Shown here: piece by piece, positions 52,785 through 63,217 of the stretch
Layout: every line of letters begins with the position of its first letter
How positions within the stretch are numbered: position 1 is the stretch's first letter
NCBI GenBank assembly: GCA_030867685.1
Contig: JAQOWU010000001.1
Location: forward strand, 496,001-560,000
DNA: 64,000 bases
Reading direction: 5' to 3'
DNA from: Wickerhamiella versatilis
Lineage: Eukaryota
Program-made: the position numbers and the translations under genes
The notes under the pieces: model-generated
What the model was told of the DNA's origin: nothing
Database searches by the model: none
Seen by the model: the letters and a program-made list of their open reading frames with translations, nothing else

Positions 52785-54293
52785 TTATTCCGCAACTCCT
52801 TCCTTGACACTGACCACCTGCCGTGGGGAGTAGCGTCTTACAGGAGAGAAGGCCCTTTCCCATTCAAAGTAGATCATGCTACAGAGTATGCAAAATGAAG
52901 CGACAGCGGCTACCGTTATATATGCAACTCCATTACGGTCAGTTTGTCGTACATTATACGGGCAGATCGCCTGTACACCCCCACTGACCCAGCAGTTTGG
53001 AATATATAAAGAATTAATATCAGCCCAGAGCTCACCAACTTGAAGGGTGTCATGCAAATACCTTGCTTCAAGAGATGAGCGAGGCAGTGAGAATTCATAA
53101 TCATCAGGGCAATCTGCATCGAAGTATCTTGATTTGTCCTCGTTAATTGTCCATTGGAAGCCATCGTGCTTATGCCTGCACAAGCAATGCAGTCTGTATG
53201 TGCAGTTCACTGCGACCAGTCCTTCACTAGTCCACATACCACATGCACTCCTACCATTATCCTCCGCTTCACCATCACTGGGTCCTGTTGACGTAGCAAA
53301 ACTAGGTTGGTTTTCAGCCCACATCCAAGAAGATGAATTCATAATTGAAATCAGTTCAGAATCTGTCTGTGAAGTATTTAAGATAGGCGAGAACCCAGAA
53401 TCGCGTGCTGTGCTCCATTGACTTCTTAGGTGATCCTTGTCATCTAAGACAACAGCCCTGAACTCCTGATCTGCCTCACTCAACAGATATTCCGAAGAAT
53501 TAGTGGCTATCAGCCCGTAGGGCGTAAAAGGGTGTCTTTTAAATGCCACATCGTGGAGATCAAAGAAGTTCCCCACCATATCATCCTCGGGAATGTACGA
53601 GACGAGTAAACGTTTTTTCATTGTGACAACCACGTACTTTAAACTCGGCCATGAATGCTTTGTACCTTTCCTTCTTGTACCTACATTTGAGATCTGACCC
53701 GATTTTCGCAAACTTGACAGATCCTGGGGGTCAAATATTCTATTACCGAGGGACGAAACCAGTGTCTGGTTGATAGATGAATCGGCAGGGATAACAGTTC
53801 TTGTGGAATTTCGCCCGATTTGTTTTGGAATACTTCGAGGGTGTAATGTGATTAGGAGGATTTCCGACGCAATATCCGTATCACTTCCGGAAAGATATTC
53901 ACCGATTTCAGCCACAAAAGCCCCAAAGGTGGCATCAGGAGAACAAAGAACCGTGGAATTATCGCGTAAAGAGGTCACATTGTAGTTACCAGACTGCGTT
54001 ACATTCGGAGGGAAAACACCGGGGCAAAGCTGCCAAGATTGCGCCATGTTATCATACCATACGTCTAAATGCACCGAATGAAAACCCATATCCACCATAC
54101 GCGCAATTTTGCGGATTGAGTCTCCGGTGTAGCCCTGGTTATCAAAGACAACGCGGTTTGCGTCGAATCCTGGAATACAGACCTGATCCAGGGCTGTATC
54201 ATATTGTATGTCACGCTCGCTGAGTCGAGTCAACTGAGCTGTTGCCGAGAGATTAGTGCATAGCGATTCATTCCATACACAACTGACGGACAT
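52785..54293 (-). CDS. MTC6: Mtc6-like PLC-phosphodiesterase-fold membrane protein
   Basis: SERDIQYDTALDQV, WQLCP, GFSPILN, WMWAENQP, NCWVSGG..AICPY and a C-terminal TM segment. Confidence 0.8.
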   Translation of the reverse strand: MSVSCVWNESLCTNLSATAQLTRLSERDIQYDTALDQVCIPGFDANRVVFDNQGYTGDSIRKIARMVDMGFHSVHLDVWYDNMAQSWQLCPGVFPPNVTQSGNYNVTSLRDNSTVLCSPDATFGAFVAEIGEYLSGSDTDIASEILLITLHPRSIPKQIGRNSTRTVIPADSSINQTLVSSLGNRIFDPQDLSSLRKSGQISNVGTRRKGTKHSWPSLKYVVVTMKKRLLVSYIPEDDMVGNFFDLHDVAFKRHPFTPYGLIATNSSEYLLSEADQEFRAVVLDDKDHLRSQWSTARDSGFSPILNTSQTDSELISIMNSSSWMWAENQPSFATSTGPSDGEAEDNGRSACGMWTSEGLVAVNCTYRLHCLCRHKHDGFQWTINEDKSRYFDADCPDDYEFSLPRSSLEARYLHDTLQVGELWADINSLYIPNCWVSGGVQAICPYNVRQTDRNGVAYITVAAVASFCILCSMIYFEWERAFSPVRRYSPRQVVSVKEGVAE

Positions 54294-54805
54294 GCGTAAG
54301 CAGTGTTACCAACGGCAACGGTGAATAATAGATAAAGTAAAGATTCATCATCACTATCTCACAGTTCTTATTTGGCTTTTAATTTTATTCTCTTTCTATT
54401 ATTCAATGGGCTCACAACTTGTGGGGGCGGTAGAGCACCAGAGTACCCGCGTATGCACCACGAGAATATTAATTACCATTCTTGGATTACGAGGAAGGAA
54501 AAATTCCCTTTCAGTGTTTTATTTATCTGCTTAAGAACCGACTTAATGGATTCAGTTTTGATCTCCAGTTGAACGCCAAATCCAGTAAACCTGCTTACGT
54601 ATCATTATCACTTTTAAGGCATATTCTCTACTTCGATACCACCTATTTAAGCGACCAGGAACAATTTATACTCCCTCTTACGGTAATAACATCCTAATTT
54701 TCGTAACAAAGTATTTCCGCTTTCATAGTAAGACACTATAAGTTTGGACATCTGCCACGAATCTTTTGACATTGATACCACCGAGTGGAATATTTGATAG
54801 ATTCA

Positions 54806-55045
54806 ATGGCACCAACAAAAGAAGAAAATAAGCCCGTGAAGCCTGCTGGTGATGAAAATACTAATCCTTGTGGCCTTGCAGCCTGCTTTGGAGCTAGCTT
54901 GTGCTTGACAAATTGCTTCTCCTCGAACCCAAAATTGGGAAAGCTACTAGGATGTAAGAAACCAGCACATATCCATTCAAACGCACCACCATCTGCCGAT
55001 GCTAGAAGCGCCGCTCGGACAGCTCTCAAGAGCCACAGTGACTAA
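54806..55045 (+). CDS. Hypothetical small Cys-containing protein (79 aa)
   Basis: ATG in an A-rich context, in a gap between MTC6 and DIE2. No family recognised. Confidence 0.4.
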   Translation: MAPTKEENKPVKPAGDENTNPCGLAACFGASLCLTNCFSSNPKLGKLLGCKKPAHIHSNAPPSADARSAARTALKSHSD

Positions 55046-55176
55046 TATGGACCCACCATCATCTGATAACTGGCCAATGTACTAATTATTTAAATAGATA
55101 ACCTCATAATATGCGTGAAGTCACATATCTTCGTAACTGTCAAACCAAAACACGGCTCATTGCAGTTAACCACTAG

Positions 55177-56328
55177 ATGACATCAGCGAGTCATGCGTGG
55201 GCAAAGCCTGCCATAGCTATTCTATCTGCATGCTTGGGTTTCTGGACTGTTCAACAATCAATTTCAAGTCCATATATGGACGAGGTATTTCATATCGAGC
55301 AAACTCGACGCTATTGTGCAGGTAAATTTCACGAGTGGGATTCAAAAATCACGACACCGCCAGGCCTCTATTTGCTGGGGTATTTCGAAGGCTGCTCGAG
55401 TCTCAGTGGATTGAGGTTTATAAATATTGCAGCGCTTTGTTTAACGGCCTTGATATATTCACCAGGGAAGACAGCTTTAATAGTTGCATTTCCTCTTATG
55501 GCCTTTTATTCAAACCTTTTTTACACTGACGTTATTAGTGTTCTCTTGGTTATAACTGGGATGATGGTGCCAAATGCTATAGTGAGTAGCATCTTCTTCA
55601 GTATCTCGCTTTGGTTCCGACAAACCAATATAGTCTGGGCCGGCTATGAGGGTTTTGTAAGATTATGGAAAGTCAGTCCTTACGATTTGCGAGGACTTTG
55701 GAAACATTGGAAAATAACACTGCCTTTTATATTAGTGGCTCTTCAGTTTGCATTTTACCTAGTTTGGAATAAGGGTGCTATCACATTAGGCGATCAGGAC
55801 AACCATACCCTGTCGCTCCATTTCGCACAGCTTCTCTACTTTGTTCTATTCACAGCGGCTTTTTCTATGCCTCTTGTAACTCAAAAGTGGATAAGGTGGT
55901 ACTTTAGGCGACTCTTGTGCTGGAGGACGGTGCTTGAATTAGCTGTAATTGTCCTCATTGTGCATTTTTTCACAGTGGAGCATCCATTTATCCTGGCAGA
56001 TAATAGACACTATACTTTTTACCTATGGAGACGCCTTCTGCGTCCACCACGGGGGTATTTATTAGTTCCCGTCTATCATGCGGCAGCGTTATGGTTTTTC
56101 TATCCTCTTTCTTGTGACATAACCACCGTTGCGTATTTGGCAGCCACTAGTGCCGTGCTGGTGCCGACACCATTATTAGAACCTCGGTACTTCATCGTTT
56201 CGTACTTTTTATGGCGCCTTTATTTGGTGAGACGCGCGGTTACTTGGAGAGAAATTGGATGGTATGAATGTATCAATGCTGCGACAATAGCCGCATTCTG
56301 CCATACAAAAACGCATTTCATGTGGTAA
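55177..56328 (+). CDS. DIE2: Alpha-1,2-glucosyltransferase Alg10
   Basis: PYMDEVFHIEQ..YC, WDSKITTPPGLY, FRQTNIVW, HPFILADNRHYTFY and EPRYFI. Confidence 0.93.
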   Translation: MTSASHAWAKPAIAILSACLGFWTVQQSISSPYMDEVFHIEQTRRYCAGKFHEWDSKITTPPGLYLLGYFEGCSSLSGLRFINIAALCLTALIYSPGKTALIVAFPLMAFYSNLFYTDVISVLLVITGMMVPNAIVSSIFFSISLWFRQTNIVWAGYEGFVRLWKVSPYDLRGLWKHWKITLPFILVALQFAFYLVWNKGAITLGDQDNHTLSLHFAQLLYFVLFTAAFSMPLVTQKWIRWYFRRLLCWRTVLELAVIVLIVHFFTVEHPFILADNRHYTFYLWRRLLRPPRGYLLVPVYHAAALWFFYPLSCDITTVAYLAATSAVLVPTPLLEPRYFIVSYFLWRLYLVRRAVTWREIGWYECINAATIAAFCHTKTHFMW

Positions 56329-56385
56329 TGTAACAATATAAGATTAGCTATACTTAGCTTCTAAATAGTTCATATGTCAATTATA

Positions 56386-57690
56386 TCACTTCTGAAGGTC
56401 TATGTCTTTCAACACATTCTCACCACTTTTTCCATCCTCGGTGTCTGCCGCCTCTTGGTTTTCTTTGTCTGCTGTGGCCGCATCTTCCTTTGATGCATCC
56501 TTATCACCATTAGCCGGTGTAAGAGTGATGATAGTTTCTTCCTGTGGCTCATCGCCATTCGCAAGCGGCGTGTCCGCTCGGGTATCACCAGATGTCTCAG
56601 CAGTCGTGGACGACGCCGATTCAGCAGCTGTATGTGTAGATGCACTGTTATTATTTTGTGCATTCGACGTAGCCCTTCGTCGGAGAAGTTCGAAATACGA
56701 GACAAGACGCCCATAGGGCTGCTTATATGCAAATACGGCATTCTCAAAGTCATCGTCAATAAACCAATTTCCAGACTCAATGTCAGCTGCAAATTGGGCC
56801 AAGAAATCACCCCAGCTTGGACTGACAACGAATTTGGTATCAAAGTCACGGCCAAACAGAATGACTTGCCCATAGCGACCACGTGGTCCAGGTGCTGTAT
56901 CAACAGCAATGTTATTTCCCTCAAAATCCTTAGCGAGAGGAATCCATCCTGGGTGACAATAGACTGGTTGAATGTGCTCCCGTGGAAAGCTACGCTGATG
57001 CTCAACCCAGTTGGGAACGCTACGACGAGGTTGCACAGGGGATGCTGGGGCTGATGAAGATGACGGGCCCTTTGGCGCAGGTTTGGACGCTTGGTTTCTC
57101 CTGCGTAGCTCGTTCAAACGCACAGCGGTATTTCGCCACACAGCCCATTCCTCAGATACAGACTCGAGGTCAAGAATAGTAATTCCAAAAAACAATCCAG
57201 TGGGCCGTCCACCACGCTCTTGTCCATCGTGCACCATCATAGATTCCCGCACATCGGCAGGCAAAGAGGCATCAATATCATGCTCAAGTTCGTTGACATC
57301 GGCTTCCGTTGCTCCGCTGAGTATTTGATCTCCAAGCTCGGGATAGTTCTTCTCCAGAAAAGTTTCAATACGTTCCCACGAAAGCTGTGGGGATGGAATA
57401 GGGCTCATATCATCAAGCGCAATTTCAGCCCCATTGTTATCAGCACTACCTCTTGAAGTCGAGTTAAGCTGAGCTGAGCGCGATCCAACAGGTGCCCCAG
57501 CACTAGAGCTTGGCCTACTCGATGGTATACTCGAAGAAGACATTCGTGCAGCGGATGACGACGATGGATACGCGAGTGGCACCTTCGCGTCCTGCTGAGA
57601 ACTTGTGCGGTTGGGGTCGTACGCAGCATAGTGATCTGACGTACTTAAACTGTGTACATAAGACTTCAGGTTGGCCAGAAACTTGCTCAT
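56386..57690 (-). CDS. SMI1: Cell wall assembly regulator Knr4/Smi1
   Basis: LSTSDHYA, HDGQERGGRPTGLFFG, HPGWIPL..D..GNNIAVD and GQVILFGRDFD. Confidence 0.93.
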   Translation of the reverse strand: MSKFLANLKSYVHSLSTSDHYAAYDPNRTSSQQDAKVPLAYPSSSSAARMSSSSIPSSRPSSSAGAPVGSRSAQLNSTSRGSADNNGAEIALDDMSPIPSPQLSWERIETFLEKNYPELGDQILSGATEADVNELEHDIDASLPADVRESMMVHDGQERGGRPTGLFFGITILDLESVSEEWAVWRNTAVRLNELRRRNQASKPAPKGPSSSSAPASPVQPRRSVPNWVEHQRSFPREHIQPVYCHPGWIPLAKDFEGNNIAVDTAPGPRGRYGQVILFGRDFDTKFVVSPSWGDFLAQFAADIESGNWFIDDDFENAVFAYKQPYGRLVSYFELLRRRATSNAQNNNSASTHTAAESASSTTAETSGDTRADTPLANGDEPQEETIITLTPANGDKDASKEDAATADKENQEAADTEDGKSGENVLKDIDLQK

Positions 57691-58314
57691 CCGTGAAGTT
57701 TATACGTAACGAAGGTAAAGATTCCAATCCAGTGGATGGCGGGGATATTTGATTACAAACCCATCATAAGGGGTAAAAAGCCCCTAATGGTAAGTTTCTG
57801 TTGAATACTTCAAAGTTCCATACAGTTGACTAGTGAGTATCAGATAAAGTTTGGGTGGTCCAGATTCTCAAAGATAACCTTCAACTCGCATTAGCTAAAA
57901 CTTATTCGTCACAGTATAGCATTACTGAAGGCTTTTAATCCTCGCTTCAAAATAAGAATGGAATATGGTAGCTATACGCGTTCATGAAGAAAAATTATGC
58001 ATATGTATTGCTTTGATTTCTCGGTTCTCAAATTGAATGCTAGTAAGTTAATAGACATTTGACAGCGTCCTCTGGTCTCATAGACTGTTTCAGGCAGCAA
58101 CAACTACATGCTATAAATATAAAGGTTAGCTTGTGTGACATAGAATTTCAAGCACTCTCTAATCCAAAAAAATTTGCAATCTCGATCTTAATTTATCTTG
58201 AATACAGTTTAGTGTCATGTTTTGTCATTACCCAAAGGGGTAATCTAGGAGCAAGTTACCATTACCTTCAGACAAACCTTGTCCCACGTGTTGTCACGCA
58301 TTGCACACCCTCCT

Positions 58315-58509
58315 ATGTTCTCTTCAAGTGAAAAGAAATGTGTCTATTCGCCCACAGACAATATGATGTCGCCATGTAGCAAGCAGTTATTGACTCGGAG
58401 AACCCAGCATCGACCGTTGCCCACAAGCTTGTTTCCAAGGACAAGCAGTCAGTCGAGGGATACCGCCCCCCATGAGCCGTCTCCCTTATCTCAGGAATTG
58501 CATCAATGA
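58315..58509 (+). CDS. SPO12: Spo12-family mitotic exit (FEAR) protein, 64 aa
   Basis: The hallmark motif SPTDNMMSPCSKQL followed by P.SLF. First ATG is 58315. Confidence 0.75.
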   Translation: MFSSSEKKCVYSPTDNMMSPCSKQLLTRRTQHRPLPTSLFPRTSSQSRDTAPHEPSPLSQELHQ

Positions 58510-58631
58510 GGATACTAGCTAGTATTATCGTGGATAGGAGGAACTTTTGGAAAGTAGAATACTGAAAAATACAAAAAAATATACACCTAAATATACACAA
58601 GTAATATCTCTCAAATGAAGGAATAACGTTT

Positions 58632-59225
58632 TCATTTGCGTCGGTTCTTTCTTCTTGTCCAGGCCGATTGCTTTCTGAAGTTAAGAAATAGAAATGACCC
58701 GGCTCCTTCATTCTCTTCCGCAAACGATGGGGTAGGCAGCTTTAACGTTTTTCCTTTACAGTTGCGCTTAGAGACCCTATTATTCAGGGACATATGGTAC
58801 GATGGGGCGGATACAATCGTACTCATGTGCTGGCCCTGCAGGAGAAAATTGTCCTTTTCCTCATTGCTTTGGCCCGACGGCGAAAAAGCATAGGGAAGAC
58901 CCAGTTCTTGCTCTATATCAAATGAAGGGACACCACTATCAATTCCAAGTCCCATTGATACGGAAGGTGTATCACCAACTGGTATTGTATCTTCCATTCC
59001 AAGCGCGTAGATGTCAAGGAGGTTGTCAGTGCTAGCCGGTGCCGCGGGCGACAATGCCCAATCATCGCTGGTAAAAGAGGGGGTATTTGTGGATGGCAGA
59101 AGATCATCAGAGACTTCCTGTGGCGAGATAGATCTCTGTTGTGTTGTTAGCCCAGGAAGATCATGCCACAAACTGTAGTATTGGTCCGGCGGCAATGTAT
59201 CAAAGGGACTCAATTCCTCCGTCAT
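58632..59225 (-). CDS. Hypothetical protein (acidic Ser/Pro-rich with a basic C-terminus)
   Basis: 197-aa ATG ORF ending in TRRKNRRK (NLS-like). No family recognised. Confidence 0.5.
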   Translation of the reverse strand: MTEELSPFDTLPPDQYYSLWHDLPGLTTQQRSISPQEVSDDLLPSTNTPSFTSDDWALSPAAPASTDNLLDIYALGMEDTIPVGDTPSVSMGLGIDSGVPSFDIEQELGLPYAFSPSGQSNEEKDNFLLQGQHMSTIVSAPSYHMSLNNRVSKRNCKGKTLKLPTPSFAEENEGAGSFLFLNFRKQSAWTRRKNRRK

Positions 59226-60071
59226 TACGGAGTACAGGCTAACACATTTTGATATTTAATGACCCATCATTGTTCTCTTCTACGTACTTGGCAACTGGTG
59301 GCATTGGATCTCGCATGGTCCTAATGGAGAAAGTTTCCCAACCTAGAAGGTCCTAAGTAAAGCCAAGATAGATGCTACTCTGGCTTGAGTGTATTTGGGG
59401 TCATTATTTTGTTATTGACAATGTAATTGTGTAGATATGCAATTCAAGCGTAAAACTTACCACTGACCTAAGACTTAGAACCTATTTTCATCCCATAAAT
59501 ACAAGATAGTTATTTTGATAGATGTGTCACTATGTCTATCAGCACACCGATTAATTTGTTTTTACAATGCATACCCAAGAGCCAAAGATATGATTTCCCT
59601 GAGGCAAGTCCAACAGTATGTGTAGTATTATTGGACTTGTGACGCACCATGAGCTAAGATTCTAGGAGTTTAGCGGATTCCCTGACATTTGATCAGTTAA
59701 GCAGTTGAGGGAAATGCTGCTTGCGGAGGCATGTCAGTCTCAATTCATTGATATGCGTGACTCTAGTACAACTTTACACAGCAATGCATAGCCTGCTCGC
59801 TTATAAACACCAGTGATTACGCTAGCACTTTGATGAAAAACACGCTATACCTGTAAAGAAAAGTAATGCCACCTGATAGCCAGCTTCCAGTGCCTACTAT
59901 TGAGGTAAAATTCATATTAGTCTTGACCTCTATCCTGTTCTATAATCAAGTATCGGTTATCCTGCTAGTTTCAGTTTAACTGGCATATTGTTGTCTCACT
60001 TATTAGTAACTTGCTTATTTACATAGATAACCATATCGAACGTAATCTTCCTACTAAACCAAATTGAAAAT

Positions 60072-61115
60072 ATGACTGAGGCTGTTAAAGCTTATGCTAG
60101 TAAGGAGGTGAAGGCCCCTTTGGGACCATATGAGATAACACGTCGGGATTTACGTCCTGACGATGTTAAAATTAAGATCACATATTGTGGTATCTGCCAC
60201 TCTGACCTCCACGAGGTCAATAACGATTGGGGTGGAGCAAAATATCCCATCGTTCCAGGACATGAAATAATTGGCCACGTCCAGGCTGTGGGTGACAAGG
60301 TGACGAAGTACAAGAAAGGTGACCTTGTAGGTGTAGGGTGTATGGTGAACTCATGCCGTCATTGCAAACAATGCAAAAAAGGTGACGAGCAGTTCTGTAA
60401 AAAACAGGTTGGTACTTATAGTAGCGATGACATTGATGGTACCATAACTTATGGTGGGTATTCTCAGGAAGTTGTGGTCACCGAGCATTTTGTACTTAAG
60501 GTCCCTGATAACCTGGATCCTGCAGGCGCTGCTCCCTTGCTTTGTGCCGGAGTTACCACGTATGCTCCATTGAAGCAATTTGGCGCCGGACCTGGAAAGA
60601 CAGTTGCGGTAATTGGTCTTGGTGGCCTTGGCTACATGGCCATAAAGCTTGCCCACGCTATGGGTGCAGAGGTCTCTTTAATCTCCCGTTCACTTAACAA
60701 GGCTGAAGATGCGAAACGTCTTGGTGTTCACAGCATAGTAGTTTCAAGTGACCCCAAGGAGATGGAGAAGGTTGAGGGATACTTCGATATCGTCATCGAT
60801 ACAATTCCTTACGACCACGACATCAACACTTACTTAAACGTCTTGGCTCCTACCGGTGCACTGTGCATTGTTGGATACATAGGTGTTCTCGAAAACAGGG
60901 TAATTACGGGCCCGTTGGTTGGACAACAGAAAACTATCTCTGGATCACTTATAGGTGGTATTCCTATTACCCAGGAAGCTCTTAACTTCTGCGGTAAGCA
61001 TGGGATCACCTCTGACATTGAGTTGATAAAGATACAAGATATAAACGAAGCATATGCCAGGCTACTCAAGGGTGACGTCAAGTACCGGTTCGTCATTGAC
61101 AACTCCTCGCTATAG
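60072..61115 (+). CDS. ADH6: Zn-dependent NADP(H) alcohol dehydrogenase (cinnamyl-ADH family, Adh6-like), bacterial-like
   Basis: CGICHSD, PGHEIIG, structural Zn cysteines, PLLCAG, GLGGLG and the C-terminal GDVKYRFVID. Confidence 0.88.
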   Translation: MTEAVKAYASKEVKAPLGPYEITRRDLRPDDVKIKITYCGICHSDLHEVNNDWGGAKYPIVPGHEIIGHVQAVGDKVTKYKKGDLVGVGCMVNSCRHCKQCKKGDEQFCKKQVGTYSSDDIDGTITYGGYSQEVVVTEHFVLKVPDNLDPAGAAPLLCAGVTTYAPLKQFGAGPGKTVAVIGLGGLGYMAIKLAHAMGAEVSLISRSLNKAEDAKRLGVHSIVVSSDPKEMEKVEGYFDIVIDTIPYDHDINTYLNVLAPTGALCIVGYIGVLENRVITGPLVGQQKTISGSLIGGIPITQEALNFCGKHGITSDIELIKIQDINEAYARLLKGDVKYRFVIDNSSL

Positions 61116-61340
61116 AAATATCTAAATTAGAGTATATGTACTAACTTAGAAATGTCAAGGCTATATTCAGTTGTGGCGAGTTTGCACATGCTGACAATAC
61201 GTTGGAGCAAATGCATACTCATTACAATCCTGTCGCGACGCGTGGGCTTCTTCTTAACACCTGGTAATAAACTTCTTAAGGTTCGATTTTCTTTTATTTT
61301 AAGGGGCGTAAATATTAGAGTTATTTATGCACCGCCTGCC

Positions 61341-61790
61341 TTACTCGTCGTCCTCGTCCTCGTCAGCGGCAGCAGTCTGTGCAGCAATACGGTCAAGATC
61401 ACGCTGGCCGTTCTCTGAGATACGGCGTCCACCCTTGTCGGTCTGCTCAACGATTCCGAGCTTCTCAAGGGCTTGCAGAGCCTTACGGTTCACAGAACCA
61501 GAGCTATCACGGTGATGAGAGGGGGCGAAGCCTCTGTTCACAGCAGAGCCGTAACGTTTGTTAAGTCGGCCGACACCCACGTCCTTGTGGAGGTAGATGT
61601 GACGAGCAATAGATGCGGAACGCTTGTAGAACCATCCACCAGCGTCCTGGGGAGGAAGCTCCCTGCTGCTACCAGTCTTGACAACCTCGACGTAACCTGG
61701 GACGTCGAGCTTACCTTGGCGCTGCAAGAAAGCCGCGTATGCGTTTATGAATTCCTGGGCTGGCACATCGCGAACGGTAATCCCGGCCAT
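61341..61790 (-). CDS. RPS19: 40S ribosomal protein S19 (eS19)
   Basis: MAGITVRDV, FLQRQGKL, WFYKR.ASIARHIY and GRRISENGQRDLDRIA. Start is ATG61790. Confidence 0.97.
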   Translation of the reverse strand: MAGITVRDVPAQEFINAYAAFLQRQGKLDVPGYVEVVKTGSSRELPPQDAGGWFYKRSASIARHIYLHKDVGVGRLNKRYGSAVNRGFAPSHHRDSSGSVNRKALQALEKLGIVEQTDKGGRRISENGQRDLDRIAAQTAAADEDEDDE

Positions 61791-61843
61791 TGTGGATATC
61801 GGACTTGTCGGACAGTCAATGATGATGTGCTCTACCAAAGACA

Positions 61844-61867
61844 GAGTGGGTGAGGGCTACGCCCTAA
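61844..61867 (-). promoter_or_regulatory. Tbf1-like palindromic element upstream of RPS19 (TTAGGGCGTAGCCCTCACCCACTC on the minus strand)
   Basis: A near-palindrome beginning 77 nt upstream of the ATG that parallels the RPL25 element. Confidence 0.6.
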
Positions 61868-62196
61868 AATGAATAAGCAGAAAATCTAGAGTCAACCGAA
61901 AGCAGAAGATTGTGAGGATTAACGAGCATTCTTGACTTCTAGTTTAAAGTAAAAATATTATTTTTTTATCAAAGGATTGTATATGAGATCTTAGGGGTCT
62001 CATCCTATGAATTATACGGCATTAAGTTCCATGCGCCTTAATCATGATCAGTGCGGTTGCTATGCATTGTAGGTAATACTAGTTAATATATTTACTCGGA
62101 ACTATTCGCGACTCGGCAATCTGTTGTAGCTTTTCTAGTACTATCACCATATTCGCTGGCAGTTACCCATTACGTAATTACGTGAATTGCCTCTCG

Positions 62197-63111
62197 ATGT
62201 CGCAGCAACAGCAGTTTCAAGACCTTGTCAAGCGTTTGCAGAGAATGGGACAGCAAGGGGCTCGAGGAGGTGGTGGCCGTGGACCTATGGGTGGACCTGG
62301 TGCTTTCGCAGGCCTTGGTGGTATTATCCTTCTTGGTGGTGGTGCCTTACTGCTGAATTCGGCACTATTTAACGTGGAGGGTGGCCATCGTGCCATCATA
62401 TACTCTCGGTTAGGCGGTATTCAATCACAGCTGTACAACGAGGGTACGCATTTTGCTATTCCATGGTTCCAGCGACCAATTATTTTCGACGTTCGCGCGA
62501 AGCCCCGGAGTGTTGCCAGTCTCACTGGCACGAAGGATTTGCAAATGGTGAATATTACTTGTCGTGTCCTCTCGCGTCCGCGAGTGGAGTCGCTAGCGAC
62601 TGTATTCAGGACATTGGGAGTCGACTACGATGAGCGTGTGCTCCCGTCGATTGTCAACGAGGTTTTGAAGTCTGTGGTGGCCCAGTTCAATGCCTCACAG
62701 CTTATTACCCAACGTGAACGGGTATCAAGACTTGTTCGCGATTCGCTCGTGAAGCGAGCAGCCAAATTCAACATCCTGCTTGACGATGTATCTATTACCA
62801 TGATGAGCTTTTCTCCGGAATTCACGGCTGCCGTAGAGGCAAAACAGATTGCCCAGCAGGATGCATTAAGAGCCGCATTTATTGTGGACCGTGCACGTCA
62901 AGAGAAACAGAGCTTACTTGTGCGTGCTCAAGGTGATGCGCGCTCCGCTGAACTCATTGGAGAAGCTGTGAGGAAGAACACTGGCTATCTCGAGCTCAAA
63001 CGGATCGACACGGCTCGTGATATCTCGGGGCTTGTGGCAAAGTCAGGAAACCGTCTGCTTCTTGATAATAAGGACCTTCTCCTAAATCTGTCTGATGAAA
63101 TCACTAAATAA
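62197..63111 (+). CDS. PHB2: Prohibitin 2
   Basis: LFNVEGGHRAIIYSR, SLTGTKDLQMVNITCRVLSRP and AVEAKQIAQQ. Start is ATG62197. Confidence 0.95.
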   Translation: MSQQQQFQDLVKRLQRMGQQGARGGGGRGPMGGPGAFAGLGGIILLGGGALLLNSALFNVEGGHRAIIYSRLGGIQSQLYNEGTHFAIPWFQRPIIFDVRAKPRSVASLTGTKDLQMVNITCRVLSRPRVESLATVFRTLGVDYDERVLPSIVNEVLKSVVAQFNASQLITQRERVSRLVRDSLVKRAAKFNILLDDVSITMMSFSPEFTAAVEAKQIAQQDALRAAFIVDRARQEKQSLLVRAQGDARSAELIGEAVRKNTGYLELKRIDTARDISGLVAKSGNRLLLDNKDLLLNLSDEITK

Positions 63112-63217
63112 TTCCGAACATCTTTTAGAACAGCATTTCGTAGGAGTATATGTATATATTGGGTAAATCGGGTTCGGGTTATATTTATCAGCTTCCAACC
63201 TCCGCATTCCCGCCGGA

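Noticed and set aside
56409-57005. 198-aa alternative-frame ORF inside SMI1
   Set aside because: It lies wholly within a well-supported gene and has no recognisable motifs.
58632-58720. Possible WetA/ESC1-like C-terminal motif (FLNF)
   Set aside because: The following conserved GVAPSGSSKT block is absent.
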